Source: Calditrichia bacterium
GTDB taxonomy: Bacteria > Calditrichota > Calditrichia > RBG-13-44-9 > J075
Reading direction: 5' to 3'
Length of the DNA stretch: 64,000 bases
Assembly: GCA_050633245.1 (NCBI GenBank)
Contig: JBOEGD010000011.1
Location: forward strand, 492,985 to 556,984
Below, one piece after another: positions 10,461 to 20,445 of the stretch. Within the stretch, counting starts at the first letter, position 1. Every line of letters begins with the position of its first letter. A model generated the notes under the pieces. It saw nothing but the letters and a program-made list of their open reading frames with translations, had not been told where the DNA came from and made no database searches. A program made the position numbers and the translations under genes.

Positions 10461-10493
10461 ATTTGTATGACATATTATAAATCTTGTATAACT
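10461..10493. promoter_or_regulatory. Candidate autoregulatory FadR/GntR operator(s)
   Basis: ATTTGTATGACAT and TTGTATAAC; fits the FadR-subfamily TTGT-N-ACAA pattern. Confidence 0.6.
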
Positions 10494-10602
10494 TAATCAA
10501 GAGTTTTTTTGTCATTATGTAAAATAATTGTAAACCTTCAGGTAAATGCTACCGTCAAAAGGGCAACGAAACGACTACAAACACGATATAAGGAGAATTA
10601 TC

Positions 10603-11211
10603 ATGACGAAATTAACCAGTATAGTGAAAAGGCAAAACACTCGAAACTTCCTTACAATAGTAATGCTAAGTGTCATATCACTTGGTATTTTACCCGTAAT
10701 TGCAGCATCTCCATTTTTACAAACTTCATTGAGTGGTGAAATAGTGAAGGATGCCGTAGCAGAAGGCAATCACCATCTTATTAAAGGAATGGTCGAGGCA
10801 GGATTTGATGTAAACACCAAATTCACTGGTGATGGAACATTGCTTATTTTTGCTATCCGAAGTGGTTCATACGAGCTTGTCAACTTTCTGATAGAAAACG
10901 GGGCAGACGTAAATTTGAAATGTGAGGGTGACGGGAACCCGTTAATTGCCGCAGCAGCGTACAACCAGCTGGGTATTGCCAAGAAGCTACTTAAATCCGG
11001 GGCAAACATAGACAGCTGGGTTAAAGGCGACGAAACAGCGCTTATCAATGCTGCCAGAGAAGGACATCTGGACATGGTAAAGTTTCTGATCGATGAGGGA
11101 GCAAATGCAAATTTGGGCGGACAAACAGACAACGGTTTTCGCAGTCCGCTCAATCAGGCAAAAACGGCTGAGATTAGAAATTTTCTGAAACTTCATGGCG
11201 CAACGAATTAA
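10603..11211 (+). CDS. Exported or membrane-anchored ankyrin repeat protein
   Basis: RBS AAGGAG before ATG 10603; hydrophobic N-terminus; repeats GDGTLLIFA, GDGNPLIAAA, GDETALINAAREGH. Confidence 0.88.
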   Translation: MTKLTSIVKRQNTRNFLTIVMLSVISLGILPVIAASPFLQTSLSGEIVKDAVAEGNHHLIKGMVEAGFDVNTKFTGDGTLLIFAIRSGSYELVNFLIENGADVNLKCEGDGNPLIAAAAYNQLGIAKKLLKSGANIDSWVKGDETALINAAREGHLDMVKFLIDEGANANLGGQTDNGFRSPLNQAKTAEIRNFLKLHGATN

Positions 11212-11286
11212 ACACAGCAAATTCGCCGTTTTTCTCTACTTCAATTCAGCTCTGAGGAAGACGGCGACAAGATCTATAGCAAGTCG

Positions 11287-11976
11287 TTAATCAAGACGAC
11301 GAAAAGCAAACGTTTTGAAACTTACCCAATGCCCTGTTCCTTCAGAGTTGTAACCTGCCACAAGTCCTGGCGAAAAATTCCTTTTTTTATCGTCAACCGC
11401 TAGACTTCCGAGAAATCTCCACTCCACAGCTCGTGGCGATCTATAATAGGCAGAAACGGAACTCCCATTATAAATCATGCGCAAAACAACTGAGCTCTCG
11501 GTATAAACAACAGCACTGGATTTATCTGCTCGTCCCCTGCCCTGCTCTTCAGGTACCAGCATGATTTTCTGCGCCTTATCCTGCACATGATTTAACAACG
11601 TCAACGTGATCCAATTATCATCATCGGCGTAGAAAATGAGCCCAACATGTTCATAGCGACCGGTCATCGCATTATGTCCGTCGACATGAACCTCAACAAC
11701 AAACCCGCTTTCTAAGCTATCTGATCTTTTTATTAGAAGAATATTCTTTTGAGTATTTTCGCTATTCCAAAGTGAACCATTTGTCATGATCTGCAGATCA
11801 TCTTCTGAAATATGCCACAATGAAGTGTCCTGACGTATCCATCGCCAATTACCAGCGAACTCATCTGATGCAAGAGCAGCGTGTTGAAGAGGCTTAATTT
11901 TAGCGTGATCATCTTGTGCCATCGTCAACGAGGGTAGTATTAGCACAAAGATAAATACAAATAGTGAATTCATCAT
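11287..11976 (-). CDS. Secreted concanavalin-like protein (GH43 C-terminal/DUF1349-like beta-sandwich)
   Basis: Signal peptide from MMNSLF; W.WIR.D...W, HVGLIFYADDDNWI, VVLRMIYNGSSVSAYY. Confidence 0.55.
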   Translation of the reverse strand: MMNSLFVFIFVLILPSLTMAQDDHAKIKPLQHAALASDEFAGNWRWIRQDTSLWHISEDDLQIMTNGSLWNSENTQKNILLIKRSDSLESGFVVEVHVDGHNAMTGRYEHVGLIFYADDDNWITLTLLNHVQDKAQKIMLVPEEQGRGRADKSSAVVYTESSVVLRMIYNGSSVSAYYRSPRAVEWRFLGSLAVDDKKRNFSPGLVAGYNSEGTGHWVSFKTFAFRRLD

Positions 11977-12073
11977 TTTACGTTTCCCAAAATGTATCAC
12001 ATGTGAATGCAACCTCATGCGATAGCTTTTAACTTCATTAAGTATCTTACTGTCTTCAAACCTACAATAAAGT

Positions 12074-13027
12074 ATGGCAAAAAAACTAGTCTTTATCGCG
12101 ACGCTCTCTTTTTTAATGCTTTTGCTGGTCTTATCTGCCGGCGAGCTACTTACCAGATATATACTTGGTGAGCGCTTAAACACCTACAAAAGTGAGCGGG
12201 ATATTGCTTTTCAATACGATGCAGAGCTCGGATGGCGCCCAAGATCGAATATTCACATTGGTCTTACAGCAAGTCGCGAGATTCAAGTAAGGCACAACAG
12301 TCGCGGCTTTCGAGACTACGAAAAGCTTACCAAAAGGCCTAAAATTCTATTTTTGGGAGACTCTTTTGTCTGGGGGTACGATGCCAATAGTGAAGAGCGA
12401 TTCACAAATTTGCTGCAGGACTCACTCCCCAATTGGCAAATGATAAATCTGGGGGTAAGCGGTTATGGTATGGATCAGGCCTTTCTCCTTTTAAAGGAGC
12501 AGTTGGAGTTTTATAAGCCCAAAGTGGTCTTTTGGTTAATCAGCAAGAATGACAGGCAAGACAACTCAACAAATCAGCGCTATGGAGGTTTTTACAAGCC
12601 TTATAGTTCGCTAATAAATGATAGCCTTTCCTTCGCAGGGAAACCGGTTCCTTTGGGCGTCTCGCACTATTTCAACCGTTATCCGATGGCAGCAAGAAGC
12701 TATTTATTCCGTGCAGTTTTGGCGGCCTGGTTACAGTATAAACACCCGGTTAAAACCATTCCGGACCCCAGCCATGCGATACTGGATGCTGCGAAAGACT
12801 ACCTTTCAAAACAAGATATCCAACTACTCATAGGCTTCAACTATCTCGATCCGGCAATGCAGGAGCACTGCAAAAAGATTGGCTTGTCGTTCATCAACCT
12901 TCAAAACAAACACTACTATCCTTCCTATGGTTCCCATTGGACTCCCGAGGGCCATCAATATGCGCGTGATGGAATTCTGAAGCTATTTGAGATGGGTGGA
13001 TTTTTACAACAACGTTCTAAGCATTAA
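12074..13027 (+). CDS. Membrane-anchored SGNH/GDSL hydrolase
   Basis: N-terminal TM; NSRGFRD, LFLGDSF, NLGVSGYG, ND, HWTPEGH blocks. Confidence 0.85.
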   Translation: MAKKLVFIATLSFLMLLLVLSAGELLTRYILGERLNTYKSERDIAFQYDAELGWRPRSNIHIGLTASREIQVRHNSRGFRDYEKLTKRPKILFLGDSFVWGYDANSEERFTNLLQDSLPNWQMINLGVSGYGMDQAFLLLKEQLEFYKPKVVFWLISKNDRQDNSTNQRYGGFYKPYSSLINDSLSFAGKPVPLGVSHYFNRYPMAARSYLFRAVLAAWLQYKHPVKTIPDPSHAILDAAKDYLSKQDIQLLIGFNYLDPAMQEHCKKIGLSFINLQNKHYYPSYGSHWTPEGHQYARDGILKLFEMGGFLQQRSKH

Positions 13028-13480
13028 TGCCAGTTCAAAACGAATGCCACCACCTCCCTCGCTAGAATATTACCGCCTCCTGCTTATCCCACTTTCTTTA
13101 CATCTGCAATTCGAACCAAACAGCCTTAATCAACTCAATTTTATAGCAATCAAATTATAGCTAATGATTTGCGCCTTCTGTTCGATTATTACGGAAAACA
13201 AAATTTTTAAGTCCCTAATAAATGCTTTTGACTTTTTGGGCTTATTGAGGTGGAGCGCCAGAGACTATAGATCACTAGAAAAATTTAATATTGCCCTTAG
13301 TAAATAATTGTCGGCATCAGCCAGCACATGAGTCTATTACTCGCAATGTCAAAAAATTTATCCGGTAACGATTTTGAGAGTTGCGAATGACGAAGGCGCC
13401 CAGACTATCAACTGAACATACTCTTAGAATGGACCATACAATCTATTCTTTTATTTTTAACTAATGTTGGGAGACATCAG

Positions 13481-16400
13481 ATGAAAGTTAAAGACTACTG
13501 TCTAATACTTTTGATATTTACTTTCTTGCTCACCACGCTTACAAGCGCTGAACAATCACAAATTGCAACGATTCAGGTGCAGTCGGAGAACCTAACTTAC
13601 ACAAATGGAGACCACCTGTTTATAACGGGTCGTGGATTTGTCGCAAATGACCAGGTTAAAGCAGTGAGTTTTATTGTTCTCGATGCTGACTATCAGATTA
13701 TCCAGAATAAGTTTCCAACAGATTACAGTCTATCTATCGATGCCAATGGCAGGTTGTCGGGTAGCGCTCTTATCACTGGCCTACCTGCTGAAGCAAGTCA
13801 TTTAGAAGTGAATGTCTTTGCCAGCTACTCTAATGTAAAAGGAAGTCCATTCGTTCGGGTTGTGGGAAGCAGCATACCTGAACTACAGGAGCCACCGGCA
13901 TTGCTGCTTGCTGCCGGAACGGCACTTATTACTGATGACGGCTCGGGTGGAGGCTCTGGTAATAGTAACGGCTTCGCCGAAACGAGTGAAGATCTCGATT
14001 TGAGTGGTAGCGGCTGGACAGGTAGCACAGGCCTTTTGGGACTGGCGCAACGTGAATACTCCAATATCGCGGCATCAACATTTATTCAATCAACAACGGT
14101 TTCCAGCGCCAATGCTTCACTTGCTGCAGGGTCTATTTCCGGTTACACCACAGTCCCTGCCAGTTTTGATGCGAGTACAGTAACCGTGCGCGTGCGAGTA
14201 GTAGACGATGCTTTTCAGGTTGCTGATTCAGACTCAATGTTAATTCCGGACAGTGATCCACCTGATATCAGCACAGCAGTAGCTACATCCTTAAATACGA
14301 TCCAAATAACCTTTGATGAGGCGGTAGCCGAGGATGGTGATGCCACGGGTCGCTTCAGCCTTGCCGGTGACGGTTCGGGACTAAGCGTATCATCAATGAC
14401 TGCAAGTGGAAGCGAGCCTACTTCAGTATGGAATTTAACTTTGGACGGCAATTTAAGTGATCGCGATCCTGACGGCGTGGTGGTCACGTATACAGCAAAT
14501 GCCGGTTCCAATTCTCTTGAAGATCCGGCTGGCAACGAGGTTACAAATTTATCAAATGCAACAGCGTCTGACATGATCGACCCGGCAACGCCTACTCTAA
14601 CCAGTCCATCGTCAACAACTATTATGGATGGTGCAAGCATTATTTTTACTGCGACAGCCGATGCAGCAGCAACAGATGCTTCTATGGTTTCAGTTGCGTT
14701 ACAAGGCAGCAATAACGGATCGAGCTGGACAACTCTCGAGACGGATACCGACACAGGTGATGCAGTATATTCAGCCACTTATACATTTGGGACAAAATAT
14801 TCTTACTATCGTGTTATCGCAACTGATGATGCCGGCAATCAGACCGTTTCGAGTGCAACGTCTCTATTAACAGATGCCTATCGCGTTGAAATTACAGCTT
14901 TTCCAGCTGCGCAGGATGCCGGCATCCGTGGCCAATTCACGATTGAAATCCAAAACAACTATTCTGATGCAGTCACCTTTCCTTCTAACCTGTTCAACAA
15001 TTTGACAACAGATCAGGGTACCGGAACATTTTATGATGCAGCCAGTGGCGGCAGCGCTATTACCAGTGTCATAATTAATTCAGCCGATTCGGATACAGTC
15101 TTCTGGTATTCAGATACGGATGACGGAACAACACCAACCATCACAGTTACAGAAGCAGCTAGTAATCTTGATGACAACAGCGACAGTCAGCAAATCACCA
15201 TTAATGCGTCGGATGCAAATCATTTCAGAATTACAACGGCAAACAGCCAAGCCGAAACCGCAGGGACGGATTTTGACATTACGGTAACAGCTCGCAAAGC
15301 AGACTCATCTGTCGCAACCGGCTATACCGGCTCGATGTCTTTGAACTGGTCGACGACAGCTACTGCTTCACCTGATGGCACTTCACCCTCAATTCCGTCT
15401 GATGCCAGCTACACATTTTCATCTGGTAGCTTGACGATATCTAACGGCGGCACTCTCTACGATGCGAGCGAGACTCCGACCATCACTGTAACCGATGGAT
15501 CTGTTACCACAACATCGCAGCAGGGCGCCGGGGCTGGAATCACCGTCTCTACCTCCAGTCATGCTGAGACCAGAATAAAAACAGCAGATGAGAGCTCGGA
15601 CGGCGATTATGGTAACAACATTTTTACCACATCAACGCTGCAAGGGGCAACACAGGCCAGTCCAGATGCTTCAATTTCATTATTTGGAGTACGTTACGAT
15701 GCTTTCGGCAATTTGCTAAGTGACGCTTCCGGATCTTGGGGACTAACAGGCGATCTATCTTCAGCAGGTGTATTGACCTCTGCTAGCGCGGTGGATAATA
15801 CCTTCACTGCCAGTATCGCGAGTGGCTCGACACACTCCGGAACAATTACAGTAGACAACGGTCAGTCTGATGCGACTGGAACGATAAACATTGATGATGA
15901 CGATGGCGAAACGGTAACCAGCTTTAATATTACAACAAATGATGGTGACAGCACCTTTGTTATTGCAACATGGAGCGGCTCCAGTTCCGGCGATAATGGT
16001 GGAACCGGAACCCCAACCAGCTATGAGATTCGTTGGACACCAGATACAAACGGTCCTATCGACACAGAGGGTGAATGGGATAGTGCTATTTCGGTTGGCA
16101 CGGGTGGACAACCCGCTTTTAGTGTAGGAACCTGGTCGATAGACATGTCAAATGGCAATACGGATTACAAATACTTTGCAATCCGCACATTTGACGGTGT
16201 CGGCAACGTCTCTTCAATAGGCTCAGGTTCATATACCACCTCATCAGACATCTCACTACCGGTTACATTCAACACCTTTAGTGCACAGCCTGACTATGAT
16301 AAGGTTATCATTTCCTGGAAAACCACCAGCGAGATCAATAACGAGGGATTCTTCCTTTATCGGGCCGAAGCCGAAGAGGGACCATTTTTACAAACGCTGA

Positions 16401-16864
16401 ATCAGCAGATTGTGCCGGGGCTCGGAAATTCCAGCAGCGGTTCAAGTTACGAGTTTGTTGATGAGAACATTGAATTTGGAGTTACGTACTACTACAAGTT
16501 AATTTCACAAGACTTTGACGGCACAATTCACACGCATAATACAATTGCTTCGGTGAAAGTTGTGCCACCACCAAAGGAATTCGAGATTGCTCAGAACTAT
16601 CCAAATCCGTTTAATCCGAGCACTCAGTTTAAGTTCTCCATTGCCAAAGCGACTACAGCCAGCCTGGAGATCTATAATCTGTTGGGGCAAAAAGTAAATA
16701 CGATCTTTGAAAACCGCTACTTTGAACCGGGCGTTTACTCGGAGTTTAATTGGGATGCGAAGAATCAGAACGGTCGTACGGTTGCAGCCGGAATCTACCT
16801 GATGGTATTTACTACTGAACAAGATCAATTCAGACGTGTTCAAAAGATGGTTTATACCCGCTAG
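13481..16864 (+). CDS. Large secreted acidic Ser/Thr/Asp-rich Ig-like repeat protein with C-terminal sorting/FlgD-like domain
   Basis: Signal peptide; SwmB/Big-like segment (ITFDEAV...VTYT...LEDPAGNEV); SLPVTF..F.A/WKTTSEINNEGF module; QNYPNPFNP CTD. Confidence 0.8.
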   Translation: MKVKDYCLILLIFTFLLTTLTSAEQSQIATIQVQSENLTYTNGDHLFITGRGFVANDQVKAVSFIVLDADYQIIQNKFPTDYSLSIDANGRLSGSALITGLPAEASHLEVNVFASYSNVKGSPFVRVVGSSIPELQEPPALLLAAGTALITDDGSGGGSGNSNGFAETSEDLDLSGSGWTGSTGLLGLAQREYSNIAASTFIQSTTVSSANASLAAGSISGYTTVPASFDASTVTVRVRVVDDAFQVADSDSMLIPDSDPPDISTAVATSLNTIQITFDEAVAEDGDATGRFSLAGDGSGLSVSSMTASGSEPTSVWNLTLDGNLSDRDPDGVVVTYTANAGSNSLEDPAGNEVTNLSNATASDMIDPATPTLTSPSSTTIMDGASIIFTATADAAATDASMVSVALQGSNNGSSWTTLETDTDTGDAVYSATYTFGTKYSYYRVIATDDAGNQTVSSATSLLTDAYRVEITAFPAAQDAGIRGQFTIEIQNNYSDAVTFPSNLFNNLTTDQGTGTFYDAASGGSAITSVIINSADSDTVFWYSDTDDGTTPTITVTEAASNLDDNSDSQQITINASDANHFRITTANSQAETAGTDFDITVTARKADSSVATGYTGSMSLNWSTTATASPDGTSPSIPSDASYTFSSGSLTISNGGTLYDASETPTITVTDGSVTTTSQQGAGAGITVSTSSHAETRIKTADESSDGDYGNNIFTTSTLQGATQASPDASISLFGVRYDAFGNLLSDASGSWGLTGDLSSAGVLTSASAVDNTFTASIASGSTHSGTITVDNGQSDATGTINIDDDDGETVTSFNITTNDGDSTFVIATWSGSSSGDNGGTGTPTSYEIRWTPDTNGPIDTEGEWDSAISVGTGGQPAFSVGTWSIDMSNGNTDYKYFAIRTFDGVGNVSSIGSGSYTTSSDISLPVTFNTFSAQPDYDKVIISWKTTSEINNEGFFLYRAEAEEGPFLQTLNQQIVPGLGNSSSGSSYEFVDENIEFGVTYYYKLISQDFDGTIHTHNTIASVKVVPPPKEFEIAQNYPNPFNPSTQFKFSIAKATTASLEIYNLLGQKVNTIFENRYFEPGVYSEFNWDAKNQNGRTVAAGIYLMVFTTEQDQFRRVQKMVYTR

Positions 16865-16891
16865 ACAAACGGATATACATAATTAAATGCC

Positions 16892-16929
16892 AAGCCGGAG
16901 TAATCTTGAAGATTGCTCCGGCTTTATTT
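16892..16929 (+). terminator. Intrinsic terminator
   Basis: AAGCCGGAGTAATC/GATTGCTCCGGCTT stem followed by a T-rich tail. Confidence 0.85.
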
Positions 16930-17077
16930 CGCTCTCTGCCCTCTGTCTGACTATCAAGTTTCCGAAGACTATTCAAAAAGCTGAAAAACATTCAATTCTA
17001 TTTACGACTAAGATGAATCACCTTTAACTACATATAAACAATGACTTAAGACCACACTTGCAACCTATCCTCTTTTC

Positions 17078-17092
17078 TGGCACCTGCTTTGT
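17078..17092 (+). promoter_or_regulatory. Candidate sigma54 (-24/-12) promoter
   Basis: TGGCACCTGCTTTGT with correct spacing, 35 bp before ATG 17128. Confidence 0.6.
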
Positions 17093-17127
17093 AATAGCTT
17101 CTTGAAAAATTCAAAGGAGAGGATTGT

Positions 17128-18969
17128 ATGTGCGAAGCAAAAGTCAGATATTCGATCGTTGTGTGGATGATGCTAATTCCCGGGCTGCTTCTTGCCCAAT
17201 ACAACAACGAAACGGTTACAGAAAAGAGTTTTGAAACATCGAACATTTTTTTTCAGAGCCACTTCCTGAATCCATTTGGCGTTGAGAGTTTTAAAAACGT
17301 CGCGGTGGGGTTTATCGATAATCCGTTTTTGAACCTGCAGCAAAACCCCGCAAACATTCCGCAATTCGACAGCACAAACAGCTACATCTACCTTGATTTT
17401 CGAGGCGATCGCACGCGCTCATTCCTAGCTGACAGCTATGCCGAACCATTGGCTTATGAAGATTTGTCACTTACTGCATCTTCCTATTTCGATCCACGTT
17501 GGTATTCTTCTACTCGCGAGGAACCGGAACCGGTGTTTTCACTCGGCATGTTGCGCAACCTCGAATTGGCAGAAAATAAAAAGCTGCTAATCGGCGGAAC
17601 TTATCAATTGGTTCACCGCGAAGAGCCATTTTATCAGGTCCCAAACTGGATTTATTACTCCCGCTTTGGCTATGACGAGCTTGGAGGTCAGTTTGCAGAT
17701 TTAAGCAATGTGCCAATAACAGACATTGGTGGCGGAAGCGATGAACTATTTACTACAGGTCATTTCTACAGTGGATTTTTGGCAGCAAATCTCAGTGAGC
17801 GCTTAAGCGCCGGTATTCATCTAAACGGCGTCAACCAGGATCTGGATGGTTTGTATGGAGATTTTTGGAGAGACGAGTATAGCAACAGCAGTGAGTGGCA
17901 ACAATTCAGCGAGAACCTGCGCGAGCGAGAACAAACCTATTCACACTGGGACCTGGCCGGAGGACTCCATTTCAAGCTAAACAAGACCAGCTCAGCAGGT
18001 ATTAAATTGGGTTATCTGGATGGCATTGCAGAACAGACATTTAGTTCAAACGACACTTCCTTTTACGCTTTTGGCGAGCCGCAGGTTGGTGAGAATTGGA
18101 GCCTGAACAATTACGGGAGCAATACGGCTCAGGGCTGGGAACGTGATGGCAACAGTCGCTATGGCCGCCTGCACTTTGCCACGATGTTAAACCCGAAAAA
18201 CCGCTTTAGCCTGCAGTATCGGCTACAGCAGAGCAATCAGGATTTGTTAAACAGCAGCAGTATATACGACAGCAGTTTTTACGATTCGCGCTGGCAGAAC
18301 GGCAGCGAATTTAGTGAATACGAAAGTCGCTATAAATTAATAGATAATCGCAGCGGCAGCGGTGAGCGAACACGCACTGAGCATTTGCTACAGGCCATCA
18401 ATCAATGGCAGCTTTCTCCTAAAACCACAATTACCGGAGCAATTACCTATCTACGTCGTAACACCGATCTGAACACTCAGGAAACGGTCATCAGTGATCG
18501 CAGCTCATTCTATCGCAGCGTGCGGAATTATTCCGGTCCGGACACAACAACCAGAGATCGGAGTCAATTTGAAGACAAGTCTCTGGAGTGGACATATGAC
18601 TCGGATTATTGGTCTATTCAAATCCCGATTGTAGTAAACTTCCAAATCAACAAGCGTTGGCAGTGGATGGTTGGAATAAATCGTATTCTGGAGCATTGGG
18701 AGATCAACGAGCAAACGCTGGCCACCTTTAAACAACGCACTCGCACCGAGAATGGTAACACGACAAACGAGGAGAATTTTGCTGAGCGCTATATTAACCC
18801 CCGCGAACGTATCTCGGAGCAGAGCACCGACTTCATCACCAGTATCGAAGCAGCACTGTCAGACAAGCTAAGTATCAATCTATTGCTCGATCCACAATTT
18901 AGCAATGGCTATGACGGCACGGACTTTCGTATTGCTCAGTGGTGGTTGGGGTTTAAGGCGAAGCTATAA
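17128..18969 (+). CDS. Secreted protein, probable outer-membrane beta-barrel of unknown function
   Basis: Signal peptide; NPAN motif, amphipathic strands, C-terminal QWWLGFKAKL. Confidence 0.65.
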   Translation: MCEAKVRYSIVVWMMLIPGLLLAQYNNETVTEKSFETSNIFFQSHFLNPFGVESFKNVAVGFIDNPFLNLQQNPANIPQFDSTNSYIYLDFRGDRTRSFLADSYAEPLAYEDLSLTASSYFDPRWYSSTREEPEPVFSLGMLRNLELAENKKLLIGGTYQLVHREEPFYQVPNWIYYSRFGYDELGGQFADLSNVPITDIGGGSDELFTTGHFYSGFLAANLSERLSAGIHLNGVNQDLDGLYGDFWRDEYSNSSEWQQFSENLREREQTYSHWDLAGGLHFKLNKTSSAGIKLGYLDGIAEQTFSSNDTSFYAFGEPQVGENWSLNNYGSNTAQGWERDGNSRYGRLHFATMLNPKNRFSLQYRLQQSNQDLLNSSSIYDSSFYDSRWQNGSEFSEYESRYKLIDNRSGSGERTRTEHLLQAINQWQLSPKTTITGAITYLRRNTDLNTQETVISDRSSFYRSVRNYSGPDTTTRDRSQFEDKSLEWTYDSDYWSIQIPIVVNFQINKRWQWMVGINRILEHWEINEQTLATFKQRTRTENGNTTNEENFAERYINPRERISEQSTDFITSIEAALSDKLSINLLLDPQFSNGYDGTDFRIAQWWLGFKAKL

Positions 18970-18986
18970 GTAGGCAGAAGGCAAGT

Positions 18987-19014
18987 GTAAAGCCGCGATT
19001 CATCGCGTTTTTAC
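18987..19014. repeat. Degenerate GTAG-type REP-like palindrome
   Basis: GTAAAGCCGCGATTCATCGCGTTTTTAC, resembling GTAGAGACGCGATTCATCGCGTCTCTAC-type elements. Confidence 0.5.
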
Positions 19015-19143
19015 TTGTCCACAGCGCTCACCCCACGCATGTGGCCGGTGAGCGCTCTCATCCAGCCAAAGCAGCTCGAAACATCCAATGCAACAATAAT
19101 TGGAGATATTCCGTTATATTCCTCAAACACATCCGGGGGATTT

Positions 19144-20139
19144 ATGGATCATCAAAGTGAACCACAGAAAAACGCATTTATTAACTTATTCAAGAATTAC
19201 GAAGAAAATCGCCTACGCTCACTCTGGCGACTCATTATCACAACTATCATTTTTGTTGCTGCCGGCGCAGCTCTTATTGTTCCATTGGCTCTAATGGGTA
19301 TGCAGGAGAGCCAGTCGCTAAACCACTTCATTGTCAACATTGCATGCATCATCGGTGTTTGGTTAGCAGCAAACTGGGTGGATAGACGCTTGTTTTCGGA
19401 CACTGGAATGTCTTCCACCAGTCGCTGGTGGCAAGAGTTCTGGTTTGGAATGTTCCTGGGTTTTGCTCTGCTTGCAGCCATATTCACAATACAATATAAT
19501 GTAGGCTGGGTAACTATTACAGATACAATGGTCACCAAAGTAGCTGGAGCGAATTTCTGGCTTGCGCTTATAATGCCCGTTGCGCTTTATATATCTGTTG
19601 GCTTCATGGAAGAGTTGGTCTTTCGCGGTTATTTATTTCTGAATGTCGCCGAGGGCATAAAGGGCAAATATCTTAATGCTAAAACCGCCATCTGGGTTGC
19701 ACTTATTCTAACGTCAGCCATTTTTGGCATTGCGCATATGGGTAACCCGGAAGCCAGCCTTGTCAGCACAACGAATATCGCACTAGCCGGTGTGATGCTT
19801 GGCCTGCCCTATATCCTGACCGGTAGACTGGGAATGTCCATAGGACTACACATTACCTGGAATTTTAGCGAGGGCATTATTTTTGGATTTCCGGTTAGCG
19901 GAATGCCATTTAAGTCGGCCAAGTTTTTAGAAATAAGTCAAGGTGGCCCTGATCTTTGGACGGGTGGGTCTTTTGGACCAGAGGCAGGACTACTTGGCTT
20001 GTTTGCAATGATCGCAGGAATGGCAATCATGTCATGGTATATTAAGATAAAGGATGGCACACTCACGCTATTCACGGCGATAGCAGAGCCGCCCCACCGG
20101 CCTGATATCGTTCAAACGAACTACGCCTCAGCCGACTAG
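19144..20139 (+). CDS. CPBP (CAAX/Abi) intramembrane glutamic endopeptidase
   Basis: EELVFRGY, FGIAH, GLHITWN, TGGSFGPEAG; ATG 19144 has a GGGGGA RBS. Confidence 0.92.
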   Translation: MDHQSEPQKNAFINLFKNYEENRLRSLWRLIITTIIFVAAGAALIVPLALMGMQESQSLNHFIVNIACIIGVWLAANWVDRRLFSDTGMSSTSRWWQEFWFGMFLGFALLAAIFTIQYNVGWVTITDTMVTKVAGANFWLALIMPVALYISVGFMEELVFRGYLFLNVAEGIKGKYLNAKTAIWVALILTSAIFGIAHMGNPEASLVSTTNIALAGVMLGLPYILTGRLGMSIGLHITWNFSEGIIFGFPVSGMPFKSAKFLEISQGGPDLWTGGSFGPEAGLLGLFAMIAGMAIMSWYIKIKDGTLTLFTAIAEPPHRPDIVQTNYASAD

Positions 20140-20445
20140 TGCACCGGCAGTCCAAAGAACAACCATTCCAGACACAATGGTAATCACCATGTTGCGGGTA
20201 AAATAGGCAGCTATAATCCCTGTAATACCCGCAAGCACTTTGGGCTCAAACACATTCCCAACCAGCTCACCGTTTATTAAAAAAATAGCGGGTGCTGCAA
20301 GTGCAGACAAAATGACTACCGGCACGTAAGTAAGAGCCTTTTTTAGCCAATCGGGCATCTCCCAATTCTGCAAGAACAGAATAAAGGACAGTCTTTCCAG
20401 CATTGTAAAAAGTCCAATTAAAAAAAACAGTAGCCACCAGTTCAT
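20128..20445 (-). CDS. azlD: AzlD family branched-chain amino acid export small subunit
   Basis: RLSFI, ALTYVP..ILSAL..P; hydrophobic; coupled to azlC. Confidence 0.88.
   Translation of the reverse strand: MNWWLLFFLIGLFTMLERLSFILFLQNWEMPDWLKKALTYVPVVILSALAAPAIFLINGELVGNVFEPKVLAGITGIIAAYFTRNMVITIVSGMVVLWTAGALVG

Noticed and set aside
14215-14778. 187-aa minus-strand ORF
   Set aside because: Antisense shadow of the Ser/Thr/Ala-rich surface protein.
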